Shown here: in pieces, positions 56,955 to 64,000 of the stretch
Layout of the letters: every line of letters begins with the position of its first letter
How positions within the stretch are numbered: the stretch's first letter is position 1
Origin: Chloroflexota bacterium
GTDB lineage: Bacteria > Chloroflexota > UBA11872
Direction: 5' to 3'
Length of the DNA: 64,000 nt
Assembly (NCBI GenBank): GCA_965263175.1
Contig: OZ253587.1
Location: 1,353,032-1,417,031, forward strand
Notes under the pieces: model-generated
What the model was told of the DNA's origin: nothing
Database searches by the model: none
What the model saw: only the letters and a program-made list of their open reading frames with translations
Position numbers and translations under genes: made by a program

Positions 56955-58145
56955 GTGCGCAGTGACTTCATGTTGGCGCTCCAGCAGCTTGCCGACGAGA
57001 AGGGCATTCAGATTGAGGCGGTCGTTAGTGCCCTGCGCACGGCCATCACTTCGGCCTTTGAGGACTACAACAGCGACTACGACGACATCGACATCGAGAT
57101 CGACCCGGAGACGGGTGACTCGACCGTGTATGCCAACAAGACCGTCGTCGAGGCGGTGACGGACGAGATTCACCAGATCTCCCTGGCTGAGGCTCGGAGC
57201 TACGAAGAGACCATGGAGTTGGGCGAGATCTTTCAGATCGACATCACGCCGCCAAACTTTGGGCGCATTGCTACCCAAAAGGCTCGGCAGGCGATGCAGC
57301 AGGCGCTACGTGATGCTGAGCGCTTGGAGATTTACACGCACTTCATAGAGCACCAGGGTCAGATGCTCGTTGGGCGCGTAACCCGCGTGGAGAACCGGGG
57401 CGTCTTCGTTGACCTCGGACGTGGTGAAGCAATTATGCTTCCCGTCGATCAGGCGCCAGGTGAGTTCTATCGCTCCGGTCAGCGCATGCGCGTGCTGCTG
57501 CTTGAGGTGGCGGACGGGGGACGGGGCGCCCAGTTGCGCGTCTCGCGTTCGCACGCGGACTTTGTGCGGCGGCTGTTTGAACGCGAGGTCCCCGAGATTC
57601 AGAACGGCCTGGTCGAGATTGCGGCGATCGCGCGCGATGCCGGGGTGCGTACCAAGCTGGCGGTTCGCTCGCGTCAGGAGGGACTTGACCCCGTAGGTTC
57701 GGCGGTGGGCATGCGCGGGACGCGCATCCAGAACGTGCTGCGCGAACTTGGACAGGAGAAGGTTGAGATCATCCTGTACCACGACGAACCGCGCGTATAC
57801 GTGGCCAACGCGCTGAGCCCTGCGCGTGTGCGCAACGTCCACGTCGATCTGACGCAGCGGGTGGCTGATGTGTTTGTGCCGTCGGATATGGTGTCGCTGG
57901 CTATTGGCCGTGAAGGCCAGAACGCACGCTTGGCGGCCAGGCTGACCGGATTCAAGATCACGATTCGGGACGCGGCGGAGCCAGCGGAAGCTGTGGGCGT
58001 TGCCGAACCCGAGAGTTCTGTGGACAGTGAAACGGGTGAGGCCGACCATGAACTGGTCGAAGACGCCTCCCGAATCTCAGAGGACGACGTTTCGACTCGA
58101 ACGGCGGAGCGCGTCGAGCGTGAAGCCGCCAGACCCGGGAGCTGA
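56955..58145 (+). CDS. nusA: Transcription termination/antitermination factor NusA (no C-terminal acidic repeats)
   Basis: S1 plus KH domains: ...VGRVTRVENRGVFVDLG..., ...GMRGTRIQNV... Confidence 0.9.
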   Translation: MRSDFMLALQQLADEKGIQIEAVVSALRTAITSAFEDYNSDYDDIDIEIDPETGDSTVYANKTVVEAVTDEIHQISLAEARSYEETMELGEIFQIDITPPNFGRIATQKARQAMQQALRDAERLEIYTHFIEHQGQMLVGRVTRVENRGVFVDLGRGEAIMLPVDQAPGEFYRSGQRMRVLLLEVADGGRGAQLRVSRSHADFVRRLFEREVPEIQNGLVEIAAIARDAGVRTKLAVRSRQEGLDPVGSAVGMRGTRIQNVLRELGQEKVEIILYHDEPRVYVANALSPARVRNVHVDLTQRVADVFVPSDMVSLAIGREGQNARLAARLTGFKITIRDAAEPAEAVGVAEPESSVDSETGEADHELVEDASRISEDDVSTRTAERVEREAARPGS

Positions 58146-58180
58146 CCATCGCCCGCCCTGATCCTGCTCGTACGTGTATT

Positions 58181-58441
58181 GTGACGCGCGTGAAGCGGCC
58201 CAAGCGCGAACTCATCCGAATCGTGCGCACGCCCGACGGCGATGTGCGCTGCGATTCGTCGGGTCGGCTCAATGGTCGAGGCGCGTATCTCTCCCTCGAC
58301 GAGGGATGTGTGCAGATGGCGCTCGCACGCGGCATTCTGAGTAGGCAGTTGGGAGTGTCCATTGATCACGACAAGGCTGAGAGCTTGATCGAACACGTCG
58401 AGCGCGAACGTCTCGTTCGTGCGGCCGGGAGCGTTCACTAG
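58181..58441 (+). CDS. YlxR-family (DUF448) RNA-binding protein
   Basis: ...KRELIRIVRTPDGDV..D..GRLNGRGAYL... A conserved Cys lies just upstream of the annotated GTG (see finding). Confidence 0.75.
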   Translation: MTRVKRPKRELIRIVRTPDGDVRCDSSGRLNGRGAYLSLDEGCVQMALARGILSRQLGVSIDHDKAESLIEHVERERLVRAAGSVH

Positions 58442-58442
58442 C

Positions 58443-60326
58443 ATGGCTCGCCGCCGGCGCCCGCGCCGCCGCCCGCCGCCCCGTCCGCGCGCCCGCCGCC
58501 GGCCGCCGCAGCGGCCCGGGTCAACTACCGAAGAACAGCCCGCCGAGCCCCAGGAGGCGCCGGCGATTGAGTTGCGACAGGTCGCAATGCCAGCCTCGGC
58601 CTCGATTGCCGACATCGCCGAACGGTCCGCGGTGCCGCCAACCGACATCATCATGGAACTGCTCAACCGTGGTGTGCTGACGACGATAAACGCGGCCATC
58701 GATCGCGATACCGCGCGCGCCGTCATGAGCAAGCTCGGTGTTGCAATTATTGAGGAAGCGGATAGAGACAATGCCGCCCCCGCACTGACTCGGAAAGTTG
58801 AGCAGCCGGATTCCGAGGCACCTCCCGTAGGTGAGCCTCGTCCACCGGTCGTGACGGTGATGGGCCATGTCGATCACGGCAAGACCACGTTGCTCGACGC
58901 GATCCGCAACTCCAACGTCGTTGATACCGAATACGGGGGCATCACTCAGCACATTGGGGCCTATCAGGTTCCCATGAACGGAAGTGCTATTACCTTCATT
59001 GACACGCCTGGGCACGAGGCCTTCACCGCCATGCGCGCTCGCGGGGCGGGCGTTACGGACATAGTCGTGATTGTGGTTGCCGCCGATGACGGCATCATGC
59101 CGCAGACGGTGGAAGCCATTGGGCACGCCAAGGCGGCCAGCGTTCCGATCATCATCGCGGTCAACAAGATCGATCTGCAGTCCGCCAACCCGAATCGAGT
59201 GCTTCAGCAGCTCACGGAGCACGAAATCGTCGTCGAAGACTTCGGCGGGGACGTGGTCGCGGTCCCGCTGTCGGCCCTCGAGGGTCAGGGTATCGACGAT
59301 CTGCTCGAATACATTAGCCTGACGGCCGAGCTCGAGGAGTTGCGCGCCCCCGTGGATGGCCCGGCCGAGGGCACGATTATCGAAACCCGACTCGATCACA
59401 GTCAGGGACCGATTGCAACAGTGTTGGTGCAGCGCGGCACGCTGAAGGTTGGCGACACCATCACAACTGGTGAAATCAGCGGCCGCGTGCGGGCGCTGTT
59501 TGACGACAGCGGGGGGCGGATCAGATCCGCCCGGCCCTCCGCGCCCGTTCAAGTCGTGGGTCTGGACGCGATGCCGGAGGTTGGCGATCCGCTCAGCGTC
59601 ACCGCGCGCCGGCGCAACCGGCGCCGACAGCAAGTCCGCACGCCGGCGCGTGGCAGCGGCGATCAGGCCATGCGATTGAGCCTCGAATCACTCGCTGCGC
59701 AGATGACGGCGGGCCGCCTCCAGCAAATCAATCTGGTCGTTAAAGCGGATACCGCCGGGTCCGTTGACGCCGTGGTGAAGTCGATTGACCAGCTCGGCGA
59801 CGAGCGAGCCCGCGCCATGGTGGTCTTCGAGGGTGTGGGAACCGTTTCCGAGTCGGATGTGAATCTCGCGTCGGCCGCGAAAGGTCTGGTGCTTGCGTTC
59901 AATGTACGCGTTGACGCCACGGCGGCGGCGGAAGCCGAACGTCAGAACGTTGACGTACGTACCTACCGCACGATCTATGAGCTGATCGACGACGTTGCCG
60001 CGGCGCTCAAGGGTTCAATTAAGCCTGAGCAGGTTGAAGTGGTCGACGGCCGGCTTGAGATACGCGGCGAGTTCCGCACCGAGCGAGCGCGCCAGATCGT
60101 GGGCGGCATGGTGCTCTCTGGTCGCGTATACACCGGCGCCCGGGTACGGATTCTGCGCGGCGACGAGGAGATTGGCGCCGGCCACATCCTGACGGTTCGC
60201 CGGTTCTCCGATGTGGTAGACGAGGTTCGGCAAGGCTTCGATTGTGGGCTGTCGATTGAGACCACCACGAAGATTCAACTCGCCGACGTCATCGAGGCCA
60301 GCCACACCGAAGAACGGATGCCGTAG
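58443..60326 (+). CDS. infB: Translation initiation factor IF-2 (short form, Arg/Pro-rich N-terminus)
   Basis: [29 protein letters not shown]; ATG at 58443 directly after the ylxR stop. Confidence 0.9.
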   Translation: MARRRRPRRRPPPRPRARRRPPQRPGSTTEEQPAEPQEAPAIELRQVAMPASASIADIAERSAVPPTDIIMELLNRGVLTTINAAIDRDTARAVMSKLGVAIIEEADRDNAAPALTRKVEQPDSEAPPVGEPRPPVVTVMGHVDHGKTTLLDAIRNSNVVDTEYGGITQHIGAYQVPMNGSAITFIDTPGHEAFTAMRARGAGVTDIVVIVVAADDGIMPQTVEAIGHAKAASVPIIIAVNKIDLQSANPNRVLQQLTEHEIVVEDFGGDVVAVPLSALEGQGIDDLLEYISLTAELEELRAPVDGPAEGTIIETRLDHSQGPIATVLVQRGTLKVGDTITTGEISGRVRALFDDSGGRIRSARPSAPVQVVGLDAMPEVGDPLSVTARRRNRRRQQVRTPARGSGDQAMRLSLESLAAQMTAGRLQQINLVVKADTAGSVDAVVKSIDQLGDERARAMVVFEGVGTVSESDVNLASAAKGLVLAFNVRVDATAAAEAERQNVDVRTYRTIYELIDDVAAALKGSIKPEQVEVVDGRLEIRGEFRTERARQIVGGMVLSGRVYTGARVRILRGDEEIGAGHILTVRRFSDVVDEVRQGFDCGLSIETTTKIQLADVIEASHTEERMP

Positions 60327-60729
60327 CTCCGGAGGCCGCATCATCGCTACGCGCCGTGCCCAACGGATCGAAGCCCAGATCGCGCGTGAGGTCAGCGATG
60401 TCATAGAGCGCCGCCTCGAGGATCCGGCGATTGGGTTTGTGACCGTGCAGCGTGTATCGCTTTCGCCAGATCTGACGCAGGCCATCGTTTTCGTAACGCC
60501 GCTGGGCGACGCGCGCAGCGCCGAGGAATCGGTGGTGGCCCTGCAGCGCGCATCAAAGTTTGTCCGCCGCCAACTCGCAACTCGCATTCGCGTCTACCGC
60601 ATCCCGCATGTTCGCTTTCAGCTCGACCCGGAGATGCTGACCGCCGAGGCGATTGCCCAGCGCCACGCCGATCAGGCGGATGACGATGCAGCGCAAGCCC
60701 TCACGGCTCAGCCCAACGATGGCGCCTGA
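60244..60729 (+). CDS. rbfA: Ribosome-binding factor A (start unresolved: no ATG/GTG/TTG between the infB stop and the conserved N-terminus)
   Basis: ...RRAQRIEAQIAREVSDVIERRLEDPAIGFVTVQRVSLSPDLTQAIVFVT... aligns to the RbfA N-terminus. The track start at 60244 lies 83 nt inside infB. Confidence 0.8.
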   Translation: MGCRLRPPRRFNSPTSSRPATPKNGCRSSGGRIIATRRAQRIEAQIAREVSDVIERRLEDPAIGFVTVQRVSLSPDLTQAIVFVTPLGDARSAEESVVALQRASKFVRRQLATRIRVYRIPHVRFQLDPEMLTAEAIAQRHADQADDDAAQALTAQPNDGA

Positions 60730-61675
60730 TGGGCAGCGGCCACCCGATGGCGGATTCCTCAATGTCCATAAGCCAATTGGGGTCGGTTCCACGCAGGCTG
60801 TCGGGCGCGTACGCCGCGCCGTCGGCGTGCGGCGCGTGGGACATTGCGGCACCCTGGACCCGCTGGCGTGGGGAGTCCTGCCACTGGCCGTGGGGCGTGC
60901 CACGCGGCTGAGCGGCTACATCCTGGGAATGCCCAAGACTTACGAGGCCGCCGTGCTTTTCGGCGTGGAGACGCCTTCCTACGACCTTGAGACGCATCCA
61001 ACCACCGGGCCCCGCCGGCCGCCGCCGCCGCGCGCGGTCGAGGAGCTGCTCCCGGCGTTCACGGGTGCGATCGAACAACGTCCGCCGGACTACTCCGCCG
61101 TGCAGGTGGGAGGCGTGCGCGCCTATCGGTCCGCCCGCGCCGGCCGGCAGCTAGATCTAGAGCCGCGTCAAGTTCACGTTCGTACGCTGGACCTCGTGGC
61201 GGCGGGCCGCATAAGCGTGCGTGTGGCTGACGGTCGCCTGCACTTTACGGGCGGGGAGGACTCCAGCGACGCCCTGCTGGCTGGTCTCCGAATCGAATGC
61301 TCGTCCGGCACGTACATTCGGGCGCTGGCCCGTGATCTTGGCACGGCGCTCGGCTGCGGGGCCATGCTGTTCGGACTGGTGCGAACCCGAGTCGGACCCT
61401 TCACGCTGAGCGCGGCAACCGAGATGTGGCAGATCGACATTGCGGCGCGCGAGGGCTACCTCGACACGCTGCTTTATGCGCCGGATACCGCGGTCGAACA
61501 CTTGCCGGCGGCCATTCTCAGCGACAACGCGCGGGTTGATTTCAGTCACGGGCGCGCCCTCAACCGCGCCACCGCGGGCCTGCACCGACTGTATGACGGC
61601 CAGGGCGACTTTCTGGGGCTTGCTGTCGGGCAGGCTGGGTGCTCGACGCCGCGCGTCGTGTGGAAGCCCGCGTAA
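60719..61675 (+). CDS. truB: tRNA pseudouridine(55) synthase
   Basis: GFLNVHKPIGVGSTQAV...GHCGTLDPLA... Confidence 0.85.
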   Translation: MAPDGQRPPDGGFLNVHKPIGVGSTQAVGRVRRAVGVRRVGHCGTLDPLAWGVLPLAVGRATRLSGYILGMPKTYEAAVLFGVETPSYDLETHPTTGPRRPPPPRAVEELLPAFTGAIEQRPPDYSAVQVGGVRAYRSARAGRQLDLEPRQVHVRTLDLVAAGRISVRVADGRLHFTGGEDSSDALLAGLRIECSSGTYIRALARDLGTALGCGAMLFGLVRTRVGPFTLSAATEMWQIDIAAREGYLDTLLYAPDTAVEHLPAAILSDNARVDFSHGRALNRATAGLHRLYDGQGDFLGLAVGQAGCSTPRVVWKPA

Positions 61676-62667
61676 TGGGGAAGGCGCCGGTCGCCCACCG
61701 CTTCCGCGTGTTTCGAGAAGACGACACATTTGTTCCGCTGGGCGATGCCGCCGTGACGATTGGCCGCTTTGACGGCGTTCACCGCGGGCATCGAGCGTTG
61801 CTGGCCGCAACCTGTCGGACGGCCTCCGAGCAGGCCGACGGCCGCGCGATTGCCGTAACCCTCTGGCCCCCGCCCGAGTGGGTTCTGCGGCCGTCCGAAC
61901 CCCGGCGCCTGTTGACCACGCTTGACGACCGGATTGCCTTGCTGGCTGCTTCAGGTGTGGACGACGTGGTCGTGCTGCGGTTCGACCGGAAGTTCTCGCG
62001 CCGCTCGGCTGCGGACTTTCTGCGCGACCTGAATGATCGGCTCGACATGCGAACGCTCGTCACCGGGCCAAACGCCGCCATTGGACGGGATCGGGCAGGA
62101 ACCCCGGATGTCATCGCGCGTCTTGCGCCAAGCCTGGCGTTCACCCACGTGCCCGTGCGTTACGAGGGCGAACCCGGCGCGATTTCCAGCAGCCAGGCTC
62201 GGAACGCGCTGGCTGAGGGCGATTTGGACCGGCTTAGTGGCATTCTGGGTCGCACGCACAGTGTGTACGGAACGGTCGGCCGCGGCGATGGTCGCGGTCG
62301 CGCCCTTGGTTTTGCCACAGCCAACGTACAGACCCCGTCCTGGCTGGTGCTGCCCGCGGACGGCGTCTACGCGGGATCAGCATTGGTGGACGGCGATCCA
62401 ATGCTCTACCCGGCGCTGATCAGCGTGGGAACACGGCCGACGTTTGGCGGTGGCGACCGGCTCTTCGAAACTCATCTCGTTGGATTCAGCGGCGATATCT
62501 ATGGCAGCGGGCTTCGTACGTTCGTCCGAGCCTGGTTGCGAGGACAGGAGGCCTTTGGCTCGGAGAAAGAGCTGGTGGCCGCCATGCAGCGTGACCGTGA
62601 GGCTGCCCGGACCATCAACCTTGGCGGTCCGGACGAACGAGCACCGTTTGGCCCAACGTTGGGGTGA
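61675..62667 (+). CDS. ribF: Bifunctional riboflavin kinase / FAD synthetase
   Basis: ...AVTIGRFDGVHRGHRALL..., ...GRTHSVYGTVGRGDGRGRALGFATAN...; TAATG overlap with truB. Confidence 0.85.
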   Translation: MGKAPVAHRFRVFREDDTFVPLGDAAVTIGRFDGVHRGHRALLAATCRTASEQADGRAIAVTLWPPPEWVLRPSEPRRLLTTLDDRIALLAASGVDDVVVLRFDRKFSRRSAADFLRDLNDRLDMRTLVTGPNAAIGRDRAGTPDVIARLAPSLAFTHVPVRYEGEPGAISSSQARNALAEGDLDRLSGILGRTHSVYGTVGRGDGRGRALGFATANVQTPSWLVLPADGVYAGSALVDGDPMLYPALISVGTRPTFGGGDRLFETHLVGFSGDIYGSGLRTFVRAWLRGQEAFGSEKELVAAMQRDREAARTINLGGPDERAPFGPTLG

Positions 62668-62672
62668 AGCTC

Positions 62673-62693
62673 GCGCTGGGCGCCTGCGGCGCC
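62673..62693 (+). terminator. Perfect 9-bp GC hairpin ctgggcgcc-tgc-ggcgcccag 6 nt after the ribF stop (no U-tract)
   Basis: Read directly. Confidence 0.35.
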
Positions 62694-62816
62694 CAGACGC
62701 AGGTCAGCGTCGTAACTGTGCCAACATGCGGTCGGGACGGTGGGTTTTCCATCTCAACAGCTCGGCCAGGTCGCGGGCGGACAACGGCCTGACGACGCAA
62801 CGAGTGTGGGCGGTGT

Positions 62817-63551
62817 GTGATGCCTGAGCGCAGATTGCCTCGCGCTGGAAAAGCGGGTAGAGGCGGCCAACGCCAGGACCCGGGCGAGCTCAAGCGCCGC
62901 TACCTGCGGCAGGTTGAGGTCTTCCAGGACCTCACGGAGAGGCAGATTTACGAAGTTGAGCGAAGCACGCGGATGTCGACGGTCGGGGCCGCACGGATCA
63001 TCTTTCAGCCGGACGACAAGCCCGAGGCGCTCTACCTGTTAAAGAGCGGCAGCGTCCAGATCTACCGCATCTCGCCGGACGGTAAGCGTTTCATCATCTC
63101 CAACATCGAACCGGGCATGTTCTTTGGCGAGATGGCGCTGCTCGGTCAGTCCGTCTACGACTCGTTCGCCGAGACAGTTGAAGATTCGACGCTATGCGTG
63201 ATGAGCCCACGTGATCTGGAGTACCTGATGGGCCGCTACCCGATCGTTGGCGTCCGCATCATGCAAACGCTGGCAGACCGGCTGAGCGAGGCCGAGACGC
63301 AGCTGGAGGACTTGGCGCTCAAGTCCCTCACGTCCCGGTTGGCCACCTTGATCCTTCGGCTCACTTCGGAAGCCAATGCACGTGTCACGGGGTTGACTCA
63401 CAACGACCTAGCCGAGCGCGTGGGAACGTCGCGGGAGACCGCGACGCAGGCGCTCAACGAACTCAAGAACTCCGGCTTAATCGCCATCGGCCGCAAGCGC
63501 ATCGACGTCTTGAACCGGCAGGCGTTGGAGGACGTGGCCGAGGCTTACTAA
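62817..63551 (+). CDS. Crp/Fnr-family transcriptional regulator (cNMP-binding plus helix-turn-helix)
   Basis: ...GMFFGEMALL..., C-terminal helix-turn-helix ...NDLAERVGTSRETATQALNELK... Confidence 0.8.
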   Translation: MMPERRLPRAGKAGRGGQRQDPGELKRRYLRQVEVFQDLTERQIYEVERSTRMSTVGAARIIFQPDDKPEALYLLKSGSVQIYRISPDGKRFIISNIEPGMFFGEMALLGQSVYDSFAETVEDSTLCVMSPRDLEYLMGRYPIVGVRIMQTLADRLSEAETQLEDLALKSLTSRLATLILRLTSEANARVTGLTHNDLAERVGTSRETATQALNELKNSGLIAIGRKRIDVLNRQALEDVAEAY

Positions 63552-63657
63552 CCGCCCGCTGGCCAGCCGTAGCGGCACGCGTGCGCTCCGCATATGACAT
63601 GGTGGCCGGAAGCGCGCATCATGCGGTTTCTGACGGATCGCAAAGAGTAGGGCGCGT

Positions 63658-64000
63658 ATGTTTGGACGGCGACCAAGCATCACCTCCCGCCGCGGCGTAG
63701 TAGCGGCGGCGCATCCCCTGGCGGCGCAGGCGGGCGCCCGCATCCTGTCCAACGGCGGCAACGCCTTTGATGCTGCCGTGGCCACCGCGGCCGCGCTAGA
63801 CGTCGTCGAGCCCTACATGTCCGGACTGGCCGGCATGGGCACGGCCATGGTCTACGTGGCCGACGAACGCCGCGTGCGTTGCCTGGACTTCACCCCGGCG
63901 GTGCCCCTCAAGTTCGACCCCATCGCCCGGCGTTACGACGATCTGACTCGCGGTCCACACGGCGTCGGGCCGCCCGCCAGTCTGGCCGGATGGATGAAGC
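63658..64000 (+). CDS. ggt: Gamma-glutamyltransferase, N-terminal part (continues past the window end)
   Basis: ...RGVVAAAHPLAAQAGARILSNGGNAFDAAVATAAALDVVEPYMSGLAG... Confidence 0.75.
   Translation, partial: MFGRRPSITSRRGVVAAAHPLAAQAGARILSNGGNAFDAAVATAAALDVVEPYMSGLAGMGTAMVYVADERRVRCLDFTPAVPLKFDPIARRYDDLTRGPHGVGPPASLAGWMK

Noticed and set aside
57674-59633. 365-aa and 370-aa minus-strand ORFs
   Set aside because: Antisense to nusA, ylxR and infB, whose GTPase motifs are on the plus strand.

Overview
High-GC (~68%) bacterial chromosomal segment, densely coding. It contains ftsA, so it is probably not actinobacterial; a Chloroflexota-like or other high-GC lineage is my inference only. The left ~6.4 kb looks accessory and ends at a tRNA-Ser(UGA) gene. 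It holds the N-terminal ~475 codons of an MmeI-family Type IIL/IIG restriction-modification enzyme that runs off the window edge (D-X9-EXK nuclease motif and the N6-adenine methylase motif DPACGSGNFL). Next comes an unusually long ~590 bp AT-richer non-coding stretch with divergent sigma70-like promoters and two palindromes, then a 94-aa N-terminal Gfo/Idh/MocA fragment ORF abutting an AAC(3)-family aminoglycoside acetyltransferase gene, and a flotillin/NfeD operon. The core of the window (11.7-28.0 kb, all on the minus strand) is one tightly coupled array: mraZ-rsmH-ftsL-ftsI-ftsW-murG-murC-murB-ftsQ-ftsA-ftsZ-yggS-yggT-DUF167-hisS-hisH-hisA-hisF. It is a reduced division/cell-wall cluster lacking murE/murF/mraY/murD/ddl, fused to a partial his operon that begins with hisS. 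Downstream lie rnhA, transporters, four Gfo/Idh/MocA paralogs, larB-larC translationally coupled to eno, an N-domain-less Lon-like protease, rhodanese plus MoeB/ThiF, a HisKA_3/NarL two-component pair, LCP, sugar-activation genes (GalU-like, GHMP kinase, FGGY kinase), an orphan MalK-like ABC ATPase, the nusA-ylxR-infB-rbfA-truB-ribF operon, a Crp/Fnr regulator and the start of ggt. No CRISPR array, rRNA or recognisable transposase/integrase was seen. Many long ORFs in the track are antisense artefacts of high GC and were rejected. Every identification comes from reading motifs in the translations, with no database search, so family-level calls are firmer than specific enzyme names. Coordinates I derived by hand from the sequence rather than from the ORF track may be off by 1-2 nt.
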